Source: Coleofasciculus sp. B1-GNL1-01 | Lineage (GTDB): Bacteria; Cyanobacteriota; Cyanobacteriia; Cyanobacteriales; Coleofasciculaceae | NCBI GenBank assembly: GCA_040220235.1 | Contig: JAVJTO010000031.1 | Reading direction: 5' to 3' (one strand) | DNA length: 64,000 bases | In this document: one piece after another, positions 1-10,760 of the stretch | Layout of the letters: the number at the start of each line of letters is the position of its first letter | How positions within the stretch are numbered: the stretch's first letter is position 1 | Notes under the pieces: model-generated | The model's input: only the letters and a program-made list of their open reading frames with translations | What the model was told of the DNA's origin: nothing | The model's database searches: none | Position numbers and translations under genes: made by a program

Positions 1-288
1 ATTATTTTAAATGATGAAGAGAAATACCTGCACAACATCCATTTCTTTATGGAATTAGTTTTTGAGGTGTTTGACAAAGATGAAGATGGAAAAATTAGCC
101 AAGTAGAGTGGGCAGGGATTTTAAGTGTTTACAATGTATCGCCTGTTTATGCTCCACGAGTATTTCCTAAATTAGATACCAATCAGGATGGTTTTTTAAG
201 CAAAGAGGAAGTCCTGCAACTCATTCGTGAGTTTTTCTACAGCGACAATCCAGACATTCCAGCTAACGAGATGTTTGGACCTTATTGA
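1..288 (+). CDS. EF-hand calcium-binding protein (5' end outside window)
   Basis: Frame open from base 1; two EF-hand loops DKDEDGKISQVE and DTNQDGFLSKEE. Confidence 0.85.
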   Translation: MILNDEEKYLHNIHFFMELVFEVFDKDEDGKISQVEWAGILSVYNVSPVYAPRVFPKLDTNQDGFLSKEEVLQLIREFFYSDNPDIPANEMFGPY

Positions 289-451
289 TGTAGAGGTGTG
301 GGGGAACCGGGGAGCAAATGTTTATTACTGATAAGTAGTTGTTTCAGCCGTTAAATCTGCCCTAAACGTTATGACGACAAGCTATAATTTAAACCTAAAA
401 ACACAGACGTAGCCTGCTACGTCTGTACTTATTGTTCTATTTTGCCTATAC

Positions 452-868
452 TTAGACAGCGCCGGGTCCTCGACCACGCTCATCTTTTTCCATCGTCAAC
501 TCGCCTTGGCGTTCTTCATCGAGTTGTTGCAGTTCTTGGCGGCGTTTAGCCGTCTCTTGTTCTTCTTTTTGGCGCAAGTCACCCGGTTCGTTGACATACA
601 TTTCGGGTTCAACGGCAAAGTTATTCACTAAGCCTTCATTATCTACGGTATAACCCTCAGTAGTGTTGATACTATCAGGATTCGTTTGGTTCTCTTCCGT
701 AACCTTCGTCTTATAGTTATCTCCTTCCCGTTCATGACGGGCGGCTGTTTCCGCCGGAACAATCTTTCTGTCGTAGGTTTCGGATTTAATTTGCTCTTTT
801 GTCTTGGCTTGGCGATCTGAAGGATTTGTCTGATTCATATTCATATATAAGTCCTCGAAAATCATCAA
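452..868 (-). CDS. Conserved-type cyanobacterial hypothetical protein, hydrophilic/acidic (start may be 844 or 838)
   Basis: 138-aa ORF with GYTVDNEGLVNNFAVEPEMY segment. Confidence 0.7.
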   Translation of the reverse strand: MMIFEDLYMNMNQTNPSDRQAKTKEQIKSETYDRKIVPAETAARHEREGDNYKTKVTEENQTNPDSINTTEGYTVDNEGLVNNFAVEPEMYVNEPGDLRQKEEQETAKRRQELQQLDEERQGELTMEKDERGRGPGAV

Positions 869-1254
869 TATGTATGTATTTCACTTTCCAAGTTACATAA
901 GGATGAACTGACGTGCATCCCTCTGGCGAATTAAATTAAACTCACCTTAGAGGCGTTCAGCACAAATGCATCCCTCTATGGACTTAAACTTTAAAGAGAG
1001 ATGAGAGAGATGGGGGTGTAGAAACGTGCCATGGCACGTCTGGGGGATGGGAGTGGGTTGAGTAACATCAGGGTAAATGACCAATCAGCAGAAACGTGGG
1101 GCAATTGGTGATAAAAGTTACAATAGTCCAGAGAGTCGGTCAAAAATAAGGGTTGACGTATCGGACAAGATGTGTGTAAGTAAAAACAACACTTTATTTG
1201 CTCTGCCATCCCCGTTTTGACTTATTACTTATTACTTATTACTTGATCGTAGTT

Positions 1255-2406
1255 ATGTCATCATCTCGAAAGCCGCCTTATATGAGAGACTTTGCTCAGT
1301 TTGAGCAACATGTGGCAACGATTTTTCAGAACGAGGGGTGGACTGTTACCACTCCCGACCCCAAGCCGCCAGAGTATGATTTAGTGGTTAGCAAAGAGGG
1401 TCAAACTGGTGCGGTTCATCTGAAATGGTTGATCAGTAATGTTCAAAAACCCCAAATACTCCGATTTCTAGGCTTTTTAGAATCGAAAGCGGGTCAAGAC
1501 TTTAACTGTGGTTTTTTTATCACCACTAAAGGCTATGGTGCGCCCGCCAATGCTTTAATTCGCTCTTGGGGGTCAGACGCTAAAATCCAATGTGGAATTG
1601 CAGCAGACACCCAAATTCTCTGGGTGAATGAGGATGAATTACCGCCGCCAGAACCGCCGAAACCGGGTAAAATTTATGTTGGCGTTTTTACCTGCAAAGG
1701 TGGCGTCGGCAAAACCACCGTATCTGCTCATTTAGCGGGTGCATTTGCCCTAGAGGGATTTAATGTGGCGCTTGTCGATTTAGACCCGGAACAAAACCTA
1801 CAAAAGCTATTAGGCGATGGGGTGGATGTTCCCCGACCTAGAGGTGTTGGTGCGAGTACCTACATCGCCGTCTATGACTGGCGTGAGTGGCACGAAGATG
1901 CGGCACGGGATTGTAAAATGGTCGTTTGTGATTGTTCCCCTGCCTTAGAACGTAACCCGAAAGAGCTGGTGAGTCAATTTGACTATTGTATTATTCCCAC
2001 CACCTTAAATCCCTTGGGACTGAACAAACATGGTCAAGTGATTAAAGATACGGTAAGAGGCATCCGAGAACTCAATCACAACGCTCACTTATTTGTACTG
2101 GTTAATAATTTTAAATATCCCGGCTCTAAACGGCGATTGCGGTTGCTCAGAGATACGTTTTTGAATACGTATAATGAGGTCAAAGCCATCGATCATAAGT
2201 TCCACTGCATTGATCCCAAATACGCTTGTATTCGCTCTAGTGATCAACTGTATTATTGGGGAATTCATTTACTGGAAAATCCTGACGAAGCTCGCAGTGA
2301 GTTAGCGTTTAAACTGGTGGGCGGAATTTGTTATCCCCGCGATGATTTTATTAACCTCGCCGATTATATTGAACGGGAAGCAGGGTTAGGGATTCTCCGG
2401 AATTAA
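1255..2406 (+). CDS. ParA/MinD-family ATPase with N-terminal Mrr-like restriction-endonuclease-fold domain
   Basis: Deviant Walker [17 protein letters not shown], Walker B VVCDCSP; N-terminal FEQHVATIF...YDLVVSK...GFFITTKGY resembles Mrr_cat; in-frame ATG at 1255. Confidence 0.8.
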   Translation: MSSSRKPPYMRDFAQFEQHVATIFQNEGWTVTTPDPKPPEYDLVVSKEGQTGAVHLKWLISNVQKPQILRFLGFLESKAGQDFNCGFFITTKGYGAPANALIRSWGSDAKIQCGIAADTQILWVNEDELPPPEPPKPGKIYVGVFTCKGGVGKTTVSAHLAGAFALEGFNVALVDLDPEQNLQKLLGDGVDVPRPRGVGASTYIAVYDWREWHEDAARDCKMVVCDCSPALERNPKELVSQFDYCIIPTTLNPLGLNKHGQVIKDTVRGIRELNHNAHLFVLVNNFKYPGSKRRLRLLRDTFLNTYNEVKAIDHKFHCIDPKYACIRSSDQLYYWGIHLLENPDEARSELAFKLVGGICYPRDDFINLADYIEREAGLGILRN

Positions 2407-2552
2407 GAGCAGGGGTAGCAGGGGGAGCAGGGGTAGCAGGGGGAGCAGGGGGAGCAGGGGGAGCAGGGGGAGCAGGGGGAGCAGGGGGAGCAGGGGGAGC
2501 AGGGGGAGCAGGGGAAGATGAGGGAGATGGGGAAGATGAGGGAGATGGGGAA
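2407..2552. repeat. 9-bp tandem repeat (GCAGGGGGA)n followed by GGGGAAGATGAGGGAGAT units
   Basis: Directly visible; related arrays at 8699-8730, 18304-18345, 42353-42404, 45145-45176, 53062-53115, 61875-61992. Confidence 0.95.
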
Positions 2553-2572
2553 GAGAATTTACAAAGGACATA

Positions 2573-2604
2573 AGACGAATGACGAATGACGAATGACGAA
2601 TGAC
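2573..2604. repeat. Heptamer tandem repeat (TGACGAA/TGACCAA/TGACAAA), STRR-like
   Basis: Directly visible; further arrays at ~7466-7520, 12923-12952, 23850-23883, 42408-42440, 47161-47203. Confidence 0.9.
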
Positions 2605-2722
2605 ATAAGACATTTGCTGTCAACGCAAAGAAAGACTACAGAGAGTAGCCGAGCGATCGCATAACCTGGTAAATCTGTACTCAACCCTATTTGGGGTTTA
2701 GCTGTAAATTTATAAGATTGCG

Positions 2723-4237
2723 ATGACGACTAACGCTAAATACGTCCTAGCCCTTGACCTCGGTACCACGGGGAACCGAGCCATTCTATTTGACAAGCAA
2801 GGTGCGATCGCGGGACAAGTTTATCAGGAATTCACCCAACACTACCCCCAACCGGGTTGGTTGGAACATGATCCCCAAGAAATTTGGCGGGATACTCGCG
2901 ACTGTATGCAGCAAGTCTTAAAGGATAAGGGGGTTTCGGCGTCGGAAATTGCGGCGGTTGGTTTAACCGTACAGCGCGAAACTTGTTTACTCTGGGATAA
3001 GACAACAGGGGAACCGTTGCATAATGCGATCGTTTGGCAGGATCGACGCACCGCCGCCCGATGTCGGGAGTTAAGCCAACAAGGGCATGATGCGGATATT
3101 CAAGAACGCACTGGATTAGTCCTGGATGCCTATTTCTCAGCCACGAAGTTAGAATGGCTGCTGAATTGGGTGCGCCAGGAAAAACCGGATACCAACTTCG
3201 ATAATGTTTTAGCTGGCACTATTGATACCTGGATTCTCTGGAATCTCACCGGGGGCAAAGTCCACGTTACCGATCACAGTAATGCCAGCCGCACTATGCT
3301 GATGAATCTCGCCAATCAAGATTGGGATCACAGCCTCTTGGATTTATTTGGCATTCCGGCTCAGATTTTGCCCCAAATTCAACCCAGTATGGGACTGTTT
3401 GGTAAAACTGAATCCAGTTTGCTAGGGGAAGAAATTCCGATTATGGCGATTTTCGGTGACCAACAAGCGGCGCTGTTTGCCCACGGTTGCGATCGCCCGG
3501 GTATGCTCAAATGTACTTATGGTACAGGTTGCTTCTTAATTTCCTATACGGGCAAAGAACTGACGCGATCGGGCAATCGACTCCTTTCCACCGTCGCCTG
3601 GACAAATGCCGCAAATGGTAGTGGCACTGATGTGGCTTTTGCCCTAGAAGGGGCGATGTTCACCACTGGGGCTTGTATTCAGTGGCTGCGAGATGGTTTA
3701 CAACTGATTAATTCGGCTGCCGAAACTGAACCCCTAGCCAGTCAAGTCGAAGATACCAATGGCATCTATTTTGTTCCGGCTCTCAGTGGTTTAGGTGCCC
3801 CTCACTGGGATATGAGTGCCAGAGGTGCATTCCTGGGTATTACAGGCGGTGTCAAGCGGGAACATATGGTACGGGCGGTATTGGAATCGATCGCCTATCA
3901 AGTCAGAGAAGTCGTTGATGCCATGAACAAAGATGGCGACACCCCTATCGAACTGCTGAAAGTAGACGGTGGTGCGTCTCAGAATGACTTCTTAATGCAG
4001 TTTCAAGCCGATGTCCTCAACATTCCCGTGGAACGCCCCGCCGTTCTCGATGCAACAGCGCAAGGTGCGGCATTTGGTGCAGGGTTAACCGTTGGGTTCT
4101 GGGATGATTACCATAAGCTCGTTACCCAAACCGCCATCGAACGTACATTCGAGCCAGGAGAGGGGGCAAAACCTGCCCAGGATAATTTTATCGGTTGGCA
4201 GAAAGCCGTTGAACGCGCCAAGAATTGGGTAGAGTGA
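2723..4237 (+). CDS. glpK: Glycerol kinase
   Basis: LDLGTTGNR, QRET, VWQDRRT, GDQQAALF, KCTYGTGCF, VDGGASQN FGGY motifs; 504 aa. Confidence 0.97.
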   Translation: MTTNAKYVLALDLGTTGNRAILFDKQGAIAGQVYQEFTQHYPQPGWLEHDPQEIWRDTRDCMQQVLKDKGVSASEIAAVGLTVQRETCLLWDKTTGEPLHNAIVWQDRRTAARCRELSQQGHDADIQERTGLVLDAYFSATKLEWLLNWVRQEKPDTNFDNVLAGTIDTWILWNLTGGKVHVTDHSNASRTMLMNLANQDWDHSLLDLFGIPAQILPQIQPSMGLFGKTESSLLGEEIPIMAIFGDQQAALFAHGCDRPGMLKCTYGTGCFLISYTGKELTRSGNRLLSTVAWTNAANGSGTDVAFALEGAMFTTGACIQWLRDGLQLINSAAETEPLASQVEDTNGIYFVPALSGLGAPHWDMSARGAFLGITGGVKREHMVRAVLESIAYQVREVVDAMNKDGDTPIELLKVDGGASQNDFLMQFQADVLNIPVERPAVLDATAQGAAFGAGLTVGFWDDYHKLVTQTAIERTFEPGEGAKPAQDNFIGWQKAVERAKNWVE

Positions 4238-4262
4238 TATCCTCAATTTGATTCACCCTCAG

Positions 4263-4294
4263 CTTCCCCGCCCTCGCCCCAGGCGGGGAAGTTT
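4263..4294 (+). terminator. Probable intrinsic terminator after glpK
   Basis: 10-bp stem CTTCCCCGCC/GGCGGGGAAG followed by TTT. Confidence 0.6.
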
Positions 4295-4637
4295 ATCTGT
4301 AAGTACAAATCATCGAACTTAATTATAAATATAACTAATGCTGATTAATCAGGGGTTTAATCCGTCAATAGCTCTAATCAAAAATCCGGTAAACCCTTGC
4401 CAATAGCGTCATTGACTGGCATAATTATGCCGCCTATATCTGGACACTAACGGCTTGATGTACATATAAGAATAACTGATTTAATATTCAATTAACACTT
4501 TCATTCCTAATCCTGTTTAAACTTTTTAACTTTTTTTCGTAGTATCAGAAGTGAGGCAGAAAATGTTTGCCAATTAGCTGATGCTAGCTTGGTCAGTATA
4601 CTAAGGCACAATTGATTCTGCTGCTTCAGAGTAATAG

Positions 4638-4949
<312 letters not shown>

Positions 4950-5025
4950 TTCTGTCAATATTACTCAGGCGTTAACTCACTCGCCTAATCCATCAATAAG
5001 CCTGCTAACTATCTTAGTAGGGAAG

Positions 5026-5056
5026 GCAGGAACACCATTTTTTTGTGTTCCTGCTT
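5026..5056 (+). terminator. Hairpin downstream of petF
   Basis: 10-bp stem GCAGGAACAC/GTGTTCCTGC. Confidence 0.55.
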
Positions 5057-5349
5057 AAAACATATATGGCGTTTTCATTTGCGATGTGGAACTCACGAGA
5101 GTAGACAAAGGGAACAGGGAACAGGAAACAGTAGGAAAGAGGTACAGGTGTTTTTTTATGTGATGAGAAACTAGCATTGGATTCCATAAATGATTTGGAA
5201 TTGCTCTAGAAGAAGACACCGCTTTTCCCTACATGACGTGAGGATAAAAACCGTGTTATTTTCGCTGCCAGCCAGACTCAGGTCAAGCTGTAGAGAGACT
5301 AAAACATCTCCAAACAGCCACCCATGAACCATCAACAATGAACAATTAT

Positions 5350-5685
5350 TTACCCTCCTAGTTGTAACTGTGTTTCTGTTCTGGGATGAGGTATTGCTTG
5401 AGGAATTGGTAACTCCAGGCTTCTCGGTGATTTCTTCTTGAGTTGCTGGAGTTGTTTTCGACTCGCTTTATCTTTGTTAATAAAACGGTTATTGAGAGTT
5501 TGAATTTCCTGGAATTCACTGTCGGCGGACTTAAATAACCACTTATCATCCGAGTCAAACTCAAACATCGAGGTTAAGTGACATTGAGTAGGATGACTAT
5601 ATCGCATACATCCGCTATCAGAAGAGTTGGCATCGCAAAAAGGGCATTGAATTTGGGAACACGTATTCATAGTAGACTGTGACAT
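5350..5685 (-). CDS. Hypothetical protein with Cys/His cluster
   Basis: ORF from ATG 5685; C-x3-CPFC...C..HP..CH pattern; no family recognised. Confidence 0.45.
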   Translation of the reverse strand: MSQSTMNTCSQIQCPFCDANSSDSGCMRYSHPTQCHLTSMFEFDSDDKWLFKSADSEFQEIQTLNNRFINKDKASRKQLQQLKKKSPRSLELPIPQAIPHPRTETQLQLGG

Positions 5686-6364
5686 AGGTGAATTTTTCTT
5701 CAACCTCAACAGGCACGGAAATTAAGACATTTCATCCTTACCTTAACATTTCTAGACTCATTAAGTGAGGCTTAGGTTCCGATGTCCTCAAGGCTCCTAC
5801 CCTAAACTTTCCCTAGGGGGGTAGCTATAAATTCCTTATTATATAAAGCTTTTATAAACATCCCCATGGTGGGGATGTAGTTATAAGGGCTTATGCCCCC
5901 TTGTCTTCATGGAAGATTCACAGAATTTTACCGTTATTTTTACTCATACTTTAAATAAATTTTTACAACCAATTATTCTTCTGAGCAATTAAATTGGAAC
6001 ACCTCAATTATTCTCTCAAGCTATCAAATTACTTTTGGAAATTTGATTCCGAAGTAAAATTATTAATCATTTTCTTTTGTGACTATAAAAACTGTAAAAT
6101 GTAACGAACGCTACGGAATATTTTCCATTATAACCATTACTTTTCACAACAACTGCTGAGATGAAAGAGAGGAAAGCTATAGCCCTACGGGGATACGTTA
6201 GGACATTCCCCTGTTGCCTATTGCCTGTTGCCTGTTGCCTTTTCACCCAATTGTATTGTCCTAACCTTAATGCGTAGTGCTATATATTACGATGAAATCG
6301 GGCGCAAAGCTTTGCGCCCCTACAGTGTATGAGACTAATCCATCAAATTAGGTGTGCCACGCCA

Positions 6365-7471
6365 CTAGGCTAAAAAACTGGATAAACTCGGTACATCTAC
6401 CCAACTGTTCTGTTGATGTGATTGATGGGTTAAATCCATTAATAATTGGGAATAGACTCCTTCCGCCAGCGAAGGACTCTGATGTTTATCCGCATCAATA
6501 CTTTGTACCCACTGATCCACAACCCGAATAAAGGGTGCTAAACGTCCATCCGGGTAAACTTGGGGAAATGCTAGTCGTTTGGGAATGTCTACTTCTGACA
6601 GCGATTCTCCAGCCGGGGCTGCCCAAAGCTGAAATCCATGAACATAATCGTTTTGGTTGGAACTGCCCAAAACCAACGTTCCGCGATCGCCATAGACTTC
6701 GACAAAATGCCCCCGCCCGTTATAAGTCACGGAACTGATGCAAAGTTGGCAAGGTGTACCATCGGCTAATTCCAGCATGATTAAGCCCGTATCATCGGCG
6801 TCTACAGGTTTTAGTTTCCCCCCTTCACTCGGATCAGGGCGTTCGGGAATGGCTGTATTCAGTTGGGCGCACAACCGACGTACCGAACCAAACAGCCAAT
6901 TAATGTAATCAAACGAATGAGACGCCACAGCACCCAATGCACCGCCGCCCTTCTCTTTTTGGGCGTACCAGTTCCAAGCCCGTTGCGCGTTAGCCCGACT
7001 GGAGACTAACCAGTCAATTTTAATCAGACGCTTTTGACCAACGTAGCCGGATTCTAAGTGTTCTGCCAAGAGTTGCCATGGGGGAACAAAGCGAAATTCA
7101 AAATCTGGCATAGCTACAACCCCTTGCTTATTGGCGAGGTGATAGAGATCTCGCGTCTCGGTGGCTGAGAGGGTCATTGGTTTTTCCAATAACAGATGCT
7201 TCCTGGCTTGCAACACTTGCTTTGCCATTTCGTAGTGAAGGAAGGGTGGGGTAGAAATGCTCACCGCTTGGACATCTGGCATCGCTAGTATATCCTCCAG
7301 GCGATCGCTCGCTTGGGGAATATTATGAGATTCAGCTACCGACTTGGCTTTCTCCAGGTGAGGATTATAAACCGCTACCACCTGCGTGCGGGGGTGAATC
7401 TGAAAACCTGGGATATGAATTTTCTGTCCAAATCCGGTACCGATTACAGCAACTCCAATTTGATTTGTCAT
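6365..7471 (-). CDS. Gfo/Idh/MocA family oxidoreductase
   Basis: VIGTGFG Rossmann motif, ISTPPFLH, LLEKPM, GGGALGAVASH. Confidence 0.92.
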   Translation of the reverse strand: MTNQIGVAVIGTGFGQKIHIPGFQIHPRTQVVAVYNPHLEKAKSVAESHNIPQASDRLEDILAMPDVQAVSISTPPFLHYEMAKQVLQARKHLLLEKPMTLSATETRDLYHLANKQGVVAMPDFEFRFVPPWQLLAEHLESGYVGQKRLIKIDWLVSSRANAQRAWNWYAQKEKGGGALGAVASHSFDYINWLFGSVRRLCAQLNTAIPERPDPSEGGKLKPVDADDTGLIMLELADGTPCQLCISSVTYNGRGHFVEVYGDRGTLVLGSSNQNDYVHGFQLWAAPAGESLSEVDIPKRLAFPQVYPDGRLAPFIRVVDQWVQSIDADKHQSPSLAEGVYSQLLMDLTHQSHQQNSWVDVPSLSSFLA

Positions 7472-7603
7472 TTGTTTTTCGTCATTGGTCATTCGTCATT
7501 GGTCATTCGTCATTCGTCATACTCGCGGAACGCCAAGCAAGCTAAGTCATTCGTTAGGGAACAGGTGAGAAGAAATTCAAATTTATCGCTCATAACTCAT
7601 ACT

Positions 7604-8572
7604 TCAGGCGTTAGTTTTTTGTTCAACCCAGGCAATCACGTCTTTGCCTAAGCACGTACCATTAAGTTGGTCAATCTCGCGGATACCTGTGGGACTGGTA
7701 ACGTTCACCTCAGTGAGATAGCCACCAATCACATCGATTCCCACAAAATACAAACCATCTTGTTGCAACTGTGGCTTGAGTAAAGCACAAATTTTTTGCT
7801 CTTGCGGTGTAATTTCTGTCGCCGCCACTCGACCCCCAACTGCCATGTTGCCGCGAAATTCGCTGCCTGTAGGAATGCGATTGACTGCCCCAATCGGGTC
7901 ACCATTGAGCAGGATGATCCGCTTATCTCCCTCTTTAGCCGCCGGAAGATAGGTTTGCACCATGACAGGTTCAAGCCCCCATTTGGTGCTAACTTCAACT
8001 AGGGAATTAAAGTTGCGATCGCCTGCTTCTAGAAACAGAATCCCTTCCCCAGCTTTACCGCCCAAGGGTTTAAGCACGGCTGCTCCTTGTTTCTCGACGA
8101 ATTTCTGGATGGTCAACTTATCCTGGCTAACAATGGTTTCCGGAATTACTTCATTAAACTGTAGGGCATACATTTTCTCATTTGCCCGTCGCAAACCTGT
8201 CGGCGTATTGATAACCTGAGTCTTTTTGGGGTTGATGTAGTCAAGAATGTACGTCGCATAGAGGTAGGGAATAGTCACGGGGGGGTCAGTCCGCATAAAC
8301 ACAGCATCCATATCCTCTAACGGTAGGGATACAGTATCCGAGATAGCGTACCAGCGTTCACTTACCACCCAACGCCCCTCAACGAGTTCGGCTGGGGTTA
8401 GCTGGACTTTCTCCAGATTTGCCCACGCTTGATTCTTAACAACTGTTAGCTTTTGAGCTTGAGTAATCCAAACGTCATGACCTAAGGCTTGGGCAGCTTC
8501 CATGAGTGCCACACTCGTATCATGACTGGGATTAAGCTTTGAGAGCGGGTCAATGATAAACGCAAATTTCAC
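7604..8572 (-). CDS. gshB: Glutathione synthetase
   Basis: MRTDPP, ANEK, LKPLGGKAGEG, RGNMAVGG, EVNVTSPTG; GTG start with SD. Confidence 0.97.
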   Translation of the reverse strand: MKFAFIIDPLSKLNPSHDTSVALMEAAQALGHDVWITQAQKLTVVKNQAWANLEKVQLTPAELVEGRWVVSERWYAISDTVSLPLEDMDAVFMRTDPPVTIPYLYATYILDYINPKKTQVINTPTGLRRANEKMYALQFNEVIPETIVSQDKLTIQKFVEKQGAAVLKPLGGKAGEGILFLEAGDRNFNSLVEVSTKWGLEPVMVQTYLPAAKEGDKRIILLNGDPIGAVNRIPTGSEFRGNMAVGGRVAATEITPQEQKICALLKPQLQQDGLYFVGIDVIGGYLTEVNVTSPTGIREIDQLNGTCLGKDVIAWVEQKTNA

Positions 8573-8634
8573 GCTGGAATCCTACCTCGGTGATTAATAA
8601 TCAAGTTGCGGCTAATAGTACCATTTTGGGGTTT

Positions 8635-8699
8635 GTCGGGGCGGGTTTAGGGACGTTCGTTTCACTATTGACGATAACGTTGGTTCAAAACCCGCCCCC
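8635..8699. repeat. Dispersed REP-like element GT(A/C)GGGGCGGGTTT...AAACCCGCCCC(TAC)
   Basis: Inverted arms around a variable ~30-40 bp spacer; copies at ~12794-12857, 35847-36017, 45181-45243, 47081-47140, 53118-53179, 54756-54800. Confidence 0.85.
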
Positions 8700-8745
8700 A
8701 GCTTCCCCAGCTTCTCCAGCTTCCCCAGCTCCCGGAACTCCCCTA

Positions 8746-9024
8746 TCAATGACTCGCCCCTGCTCCGTCTTGCAGTAAGGTATCTAGTTCACCTTGTAGT
8801 TCTAACCCATACAGGTCATCGCAACCCCCAATATGGTGGTCATTGATAAAAATTTGTGGCAGAGAACGGCGTCCATTTGCCCGTTGTGCCATTTGCTCTC
8901 GCGCCTGTTCATCGCCATCGATACAATATTCGGTAAAGTTAATGCCCTTTTCATTGAGCAACCCTTTAGCTCGCATACAATAGGGACAACGACTCCAGGT
9001 ATAAATTTCGACCTTGGGTTCCAT
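8746..9024 (-). CDS. grxC: Glutaredoxin 3
   Basis: CPYC active site, SLPQIF, GGCDDL; adjacent to gshB. Confidence 0.96.
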   Translation of the reverse strand: MEPKVEIYTWSRCPYCMRAKGLLNEKGINFTEYCIDGDEQAREQMAQRANGRRSLPQIFINDHHIGGCDDLYGLELQGELDTLLQDGAGASH

Positions 9025-9726
9025 TCTCTTTTCTCAACGTCAGCAACATGTCTTGAATTTTAGCTTTCTTCGCCGGAACGTCTGCACACAGTAATTAAAA
9101 TTAAGTCATTCAAGCTCAACTTAAGCTAAAACGTGATCAAAATCACATATTGGTGTTGCCTCAAATGCCAGACGGGGTTTAGCTAAACTTGTTAGGCTGT
9201 GGAAAACAGTAGGTATAAACTAGAGGTAAAGCGTCTCAGACCTGATGCTAATCCGTGAGGAAGTAGTATCAGATATAGTAGCTAGACCCCTTGACCCAAA
9301 AAGGAACTGGATCGCTCCCGTGCAACTACCTTCCTCAGACCACTACTGCTGAATAGCCTTGAATGATGAGCGGTGTGAGCAACTCAAGAGTGTCAGGAAC
9401 GGATTGATCGCGATCACGGAAGTTATTCCCTGGTGATAAATTCCGCAGGCGTTACATGTTACTTGACGTCCCTAAGCTCGTCCATCCACAATCAAAACAA
9501 CTGGTTCAAATCAGCTTAAACAAAAAAACTCCTAAACTACCATGACTATATCTACTTATATCTCTCCGGGAGTTTTATTGGGTTGCCTGCCGCTAATAAG
9601 GATATGTTGATGATTACTCCGGGTCGGTGGAGATGTTAAGACTGTGGGAATTGGATGAAAAAGACTCCTCATCAACCTGAAAACACTAACAAATGGACTG
9701 TCTGAAAAAGCCTGCAAGGAAAAATT

Positions 9727-10632
9727 ATGTCTAGTCAGCACAACGGATTCACAATTCACTTTTGGGGCGTTAGAGGAAGTATTGCCTGTCCGGGTCCAGA
9801 AACGGTTCGCTATGGCGGAAATACTCCTTGTGTGGAAATGCGAGTGGGTAAAGAACGATTAATTTTTGATGGAGGTACGGGCTTGCGGGTGTTGGGACAG
9901 TCCATGCTGTCACAAATGCCAGTGGAGGCTCACATGTTTTTCACCCACTCCCACTGGGATCATATTCAAGGGTTTCCGTTTTTTGTTCCCGCGTTTATCA
10001 AAACCAATCGTTTCCGTATCTATGGAGCGATCGCGCCTAATGGTTCCACGATTAAGCAACGCCTCACCGACCAAATGCTCCATCCCAATTTTCCCGTCCC
10101 CTTGCAAGTCATGCAAGCTGATTTGCAGTTCTATGACCTAGAGGTTGGTGAAAGCGTTGAGCTGGGCGAGATTACCGTCGAAAATACCTTGCTCAATCAT
10201 CCCGGTGAAGCCGTGGGATATCGGGTGAATTGGCGGGGACATGCAGCCGCCTACATTACCGATACCGAACATAGACCTAGTGGTTTAGATGAAAATATCT
10301 TAAAACTGATTCAAGATGTGGATGTGCTGATCTACGACGCCACCTACACGGATACTGAATATTATTCTCCGGCAACGAGCAAAGTGGGGTGGGGTCATTC
10401 AACTTGGCAAGAAGGCATTAAGTTAGCCAAAGCCGCTAACGTGAAAACTCTGGTTATCTTTCACCACGATCCGTTACACAACGATGATTTCTTGGATCGA
10501 ATTGGGGAAGAAGCCATTCAACACTTTCGCAATACCGTTATGGCTCGTGAAGGCTTGTCCATTTCTTTGGTGGAGTCGGCTGTCTCCGATCCAGTGCCCC
10601 TACAACAAGAGATAAAAGCTTCGATTCGATAA
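9727..10632 (+). CDS. MBL-fold metallo-hydrolase
   Basis: FWGVRGS, YGGNTPC, THSHWDH, HPG, TDTE, WGHS, HHDP. Confidence 0.93.
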   Translation: MSSQHNGFTIHFWGVRGSIACPGPETVRYGGNTPCVEMRVGKERLIFDGGTGLRVLGQSMLSQMPVEAHMFFTHSHWDHIQGFPFFVPAFIKTNRFRIYGAIAPNGSTIKQRLTDQMLHPNFPVPLQVMQADLQFYDLEVGESVELGEITVENTLLNHPGEAVGYRVNWRGHAAAYITDTEHRPSGLDENILKLIQDVDVLIYDATYTDTEYYSPATSKVGWGHSTWQEGIKLAKAANVKTLVIFHHDPLHNDDFLDRIGEEAIQHFRNTVMAREGLSISLVESAVSDPVPLQQEIKASIR

Positions 10633-10760
10633 TATCCCCGACTTTATCTCTCCTACCCGATCCCTGACGTCTTGAAGAAGTCGGGGATCTAATTTAACGC
10701 AAAGCCAACGAGTTGGTCAAGATCTAGCCACGACTCCTAGAATGTGTAAAAATGTAAAGC

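Noticed and set aside
2351..2623. Pro/Ala- and Leu/Pro-rich ORFs (also 61717-62128, 18210-18473, 42307-42492)
   Set aside because: Translations of stop-free 9-bp and 7-bp tandem repeats, not genes
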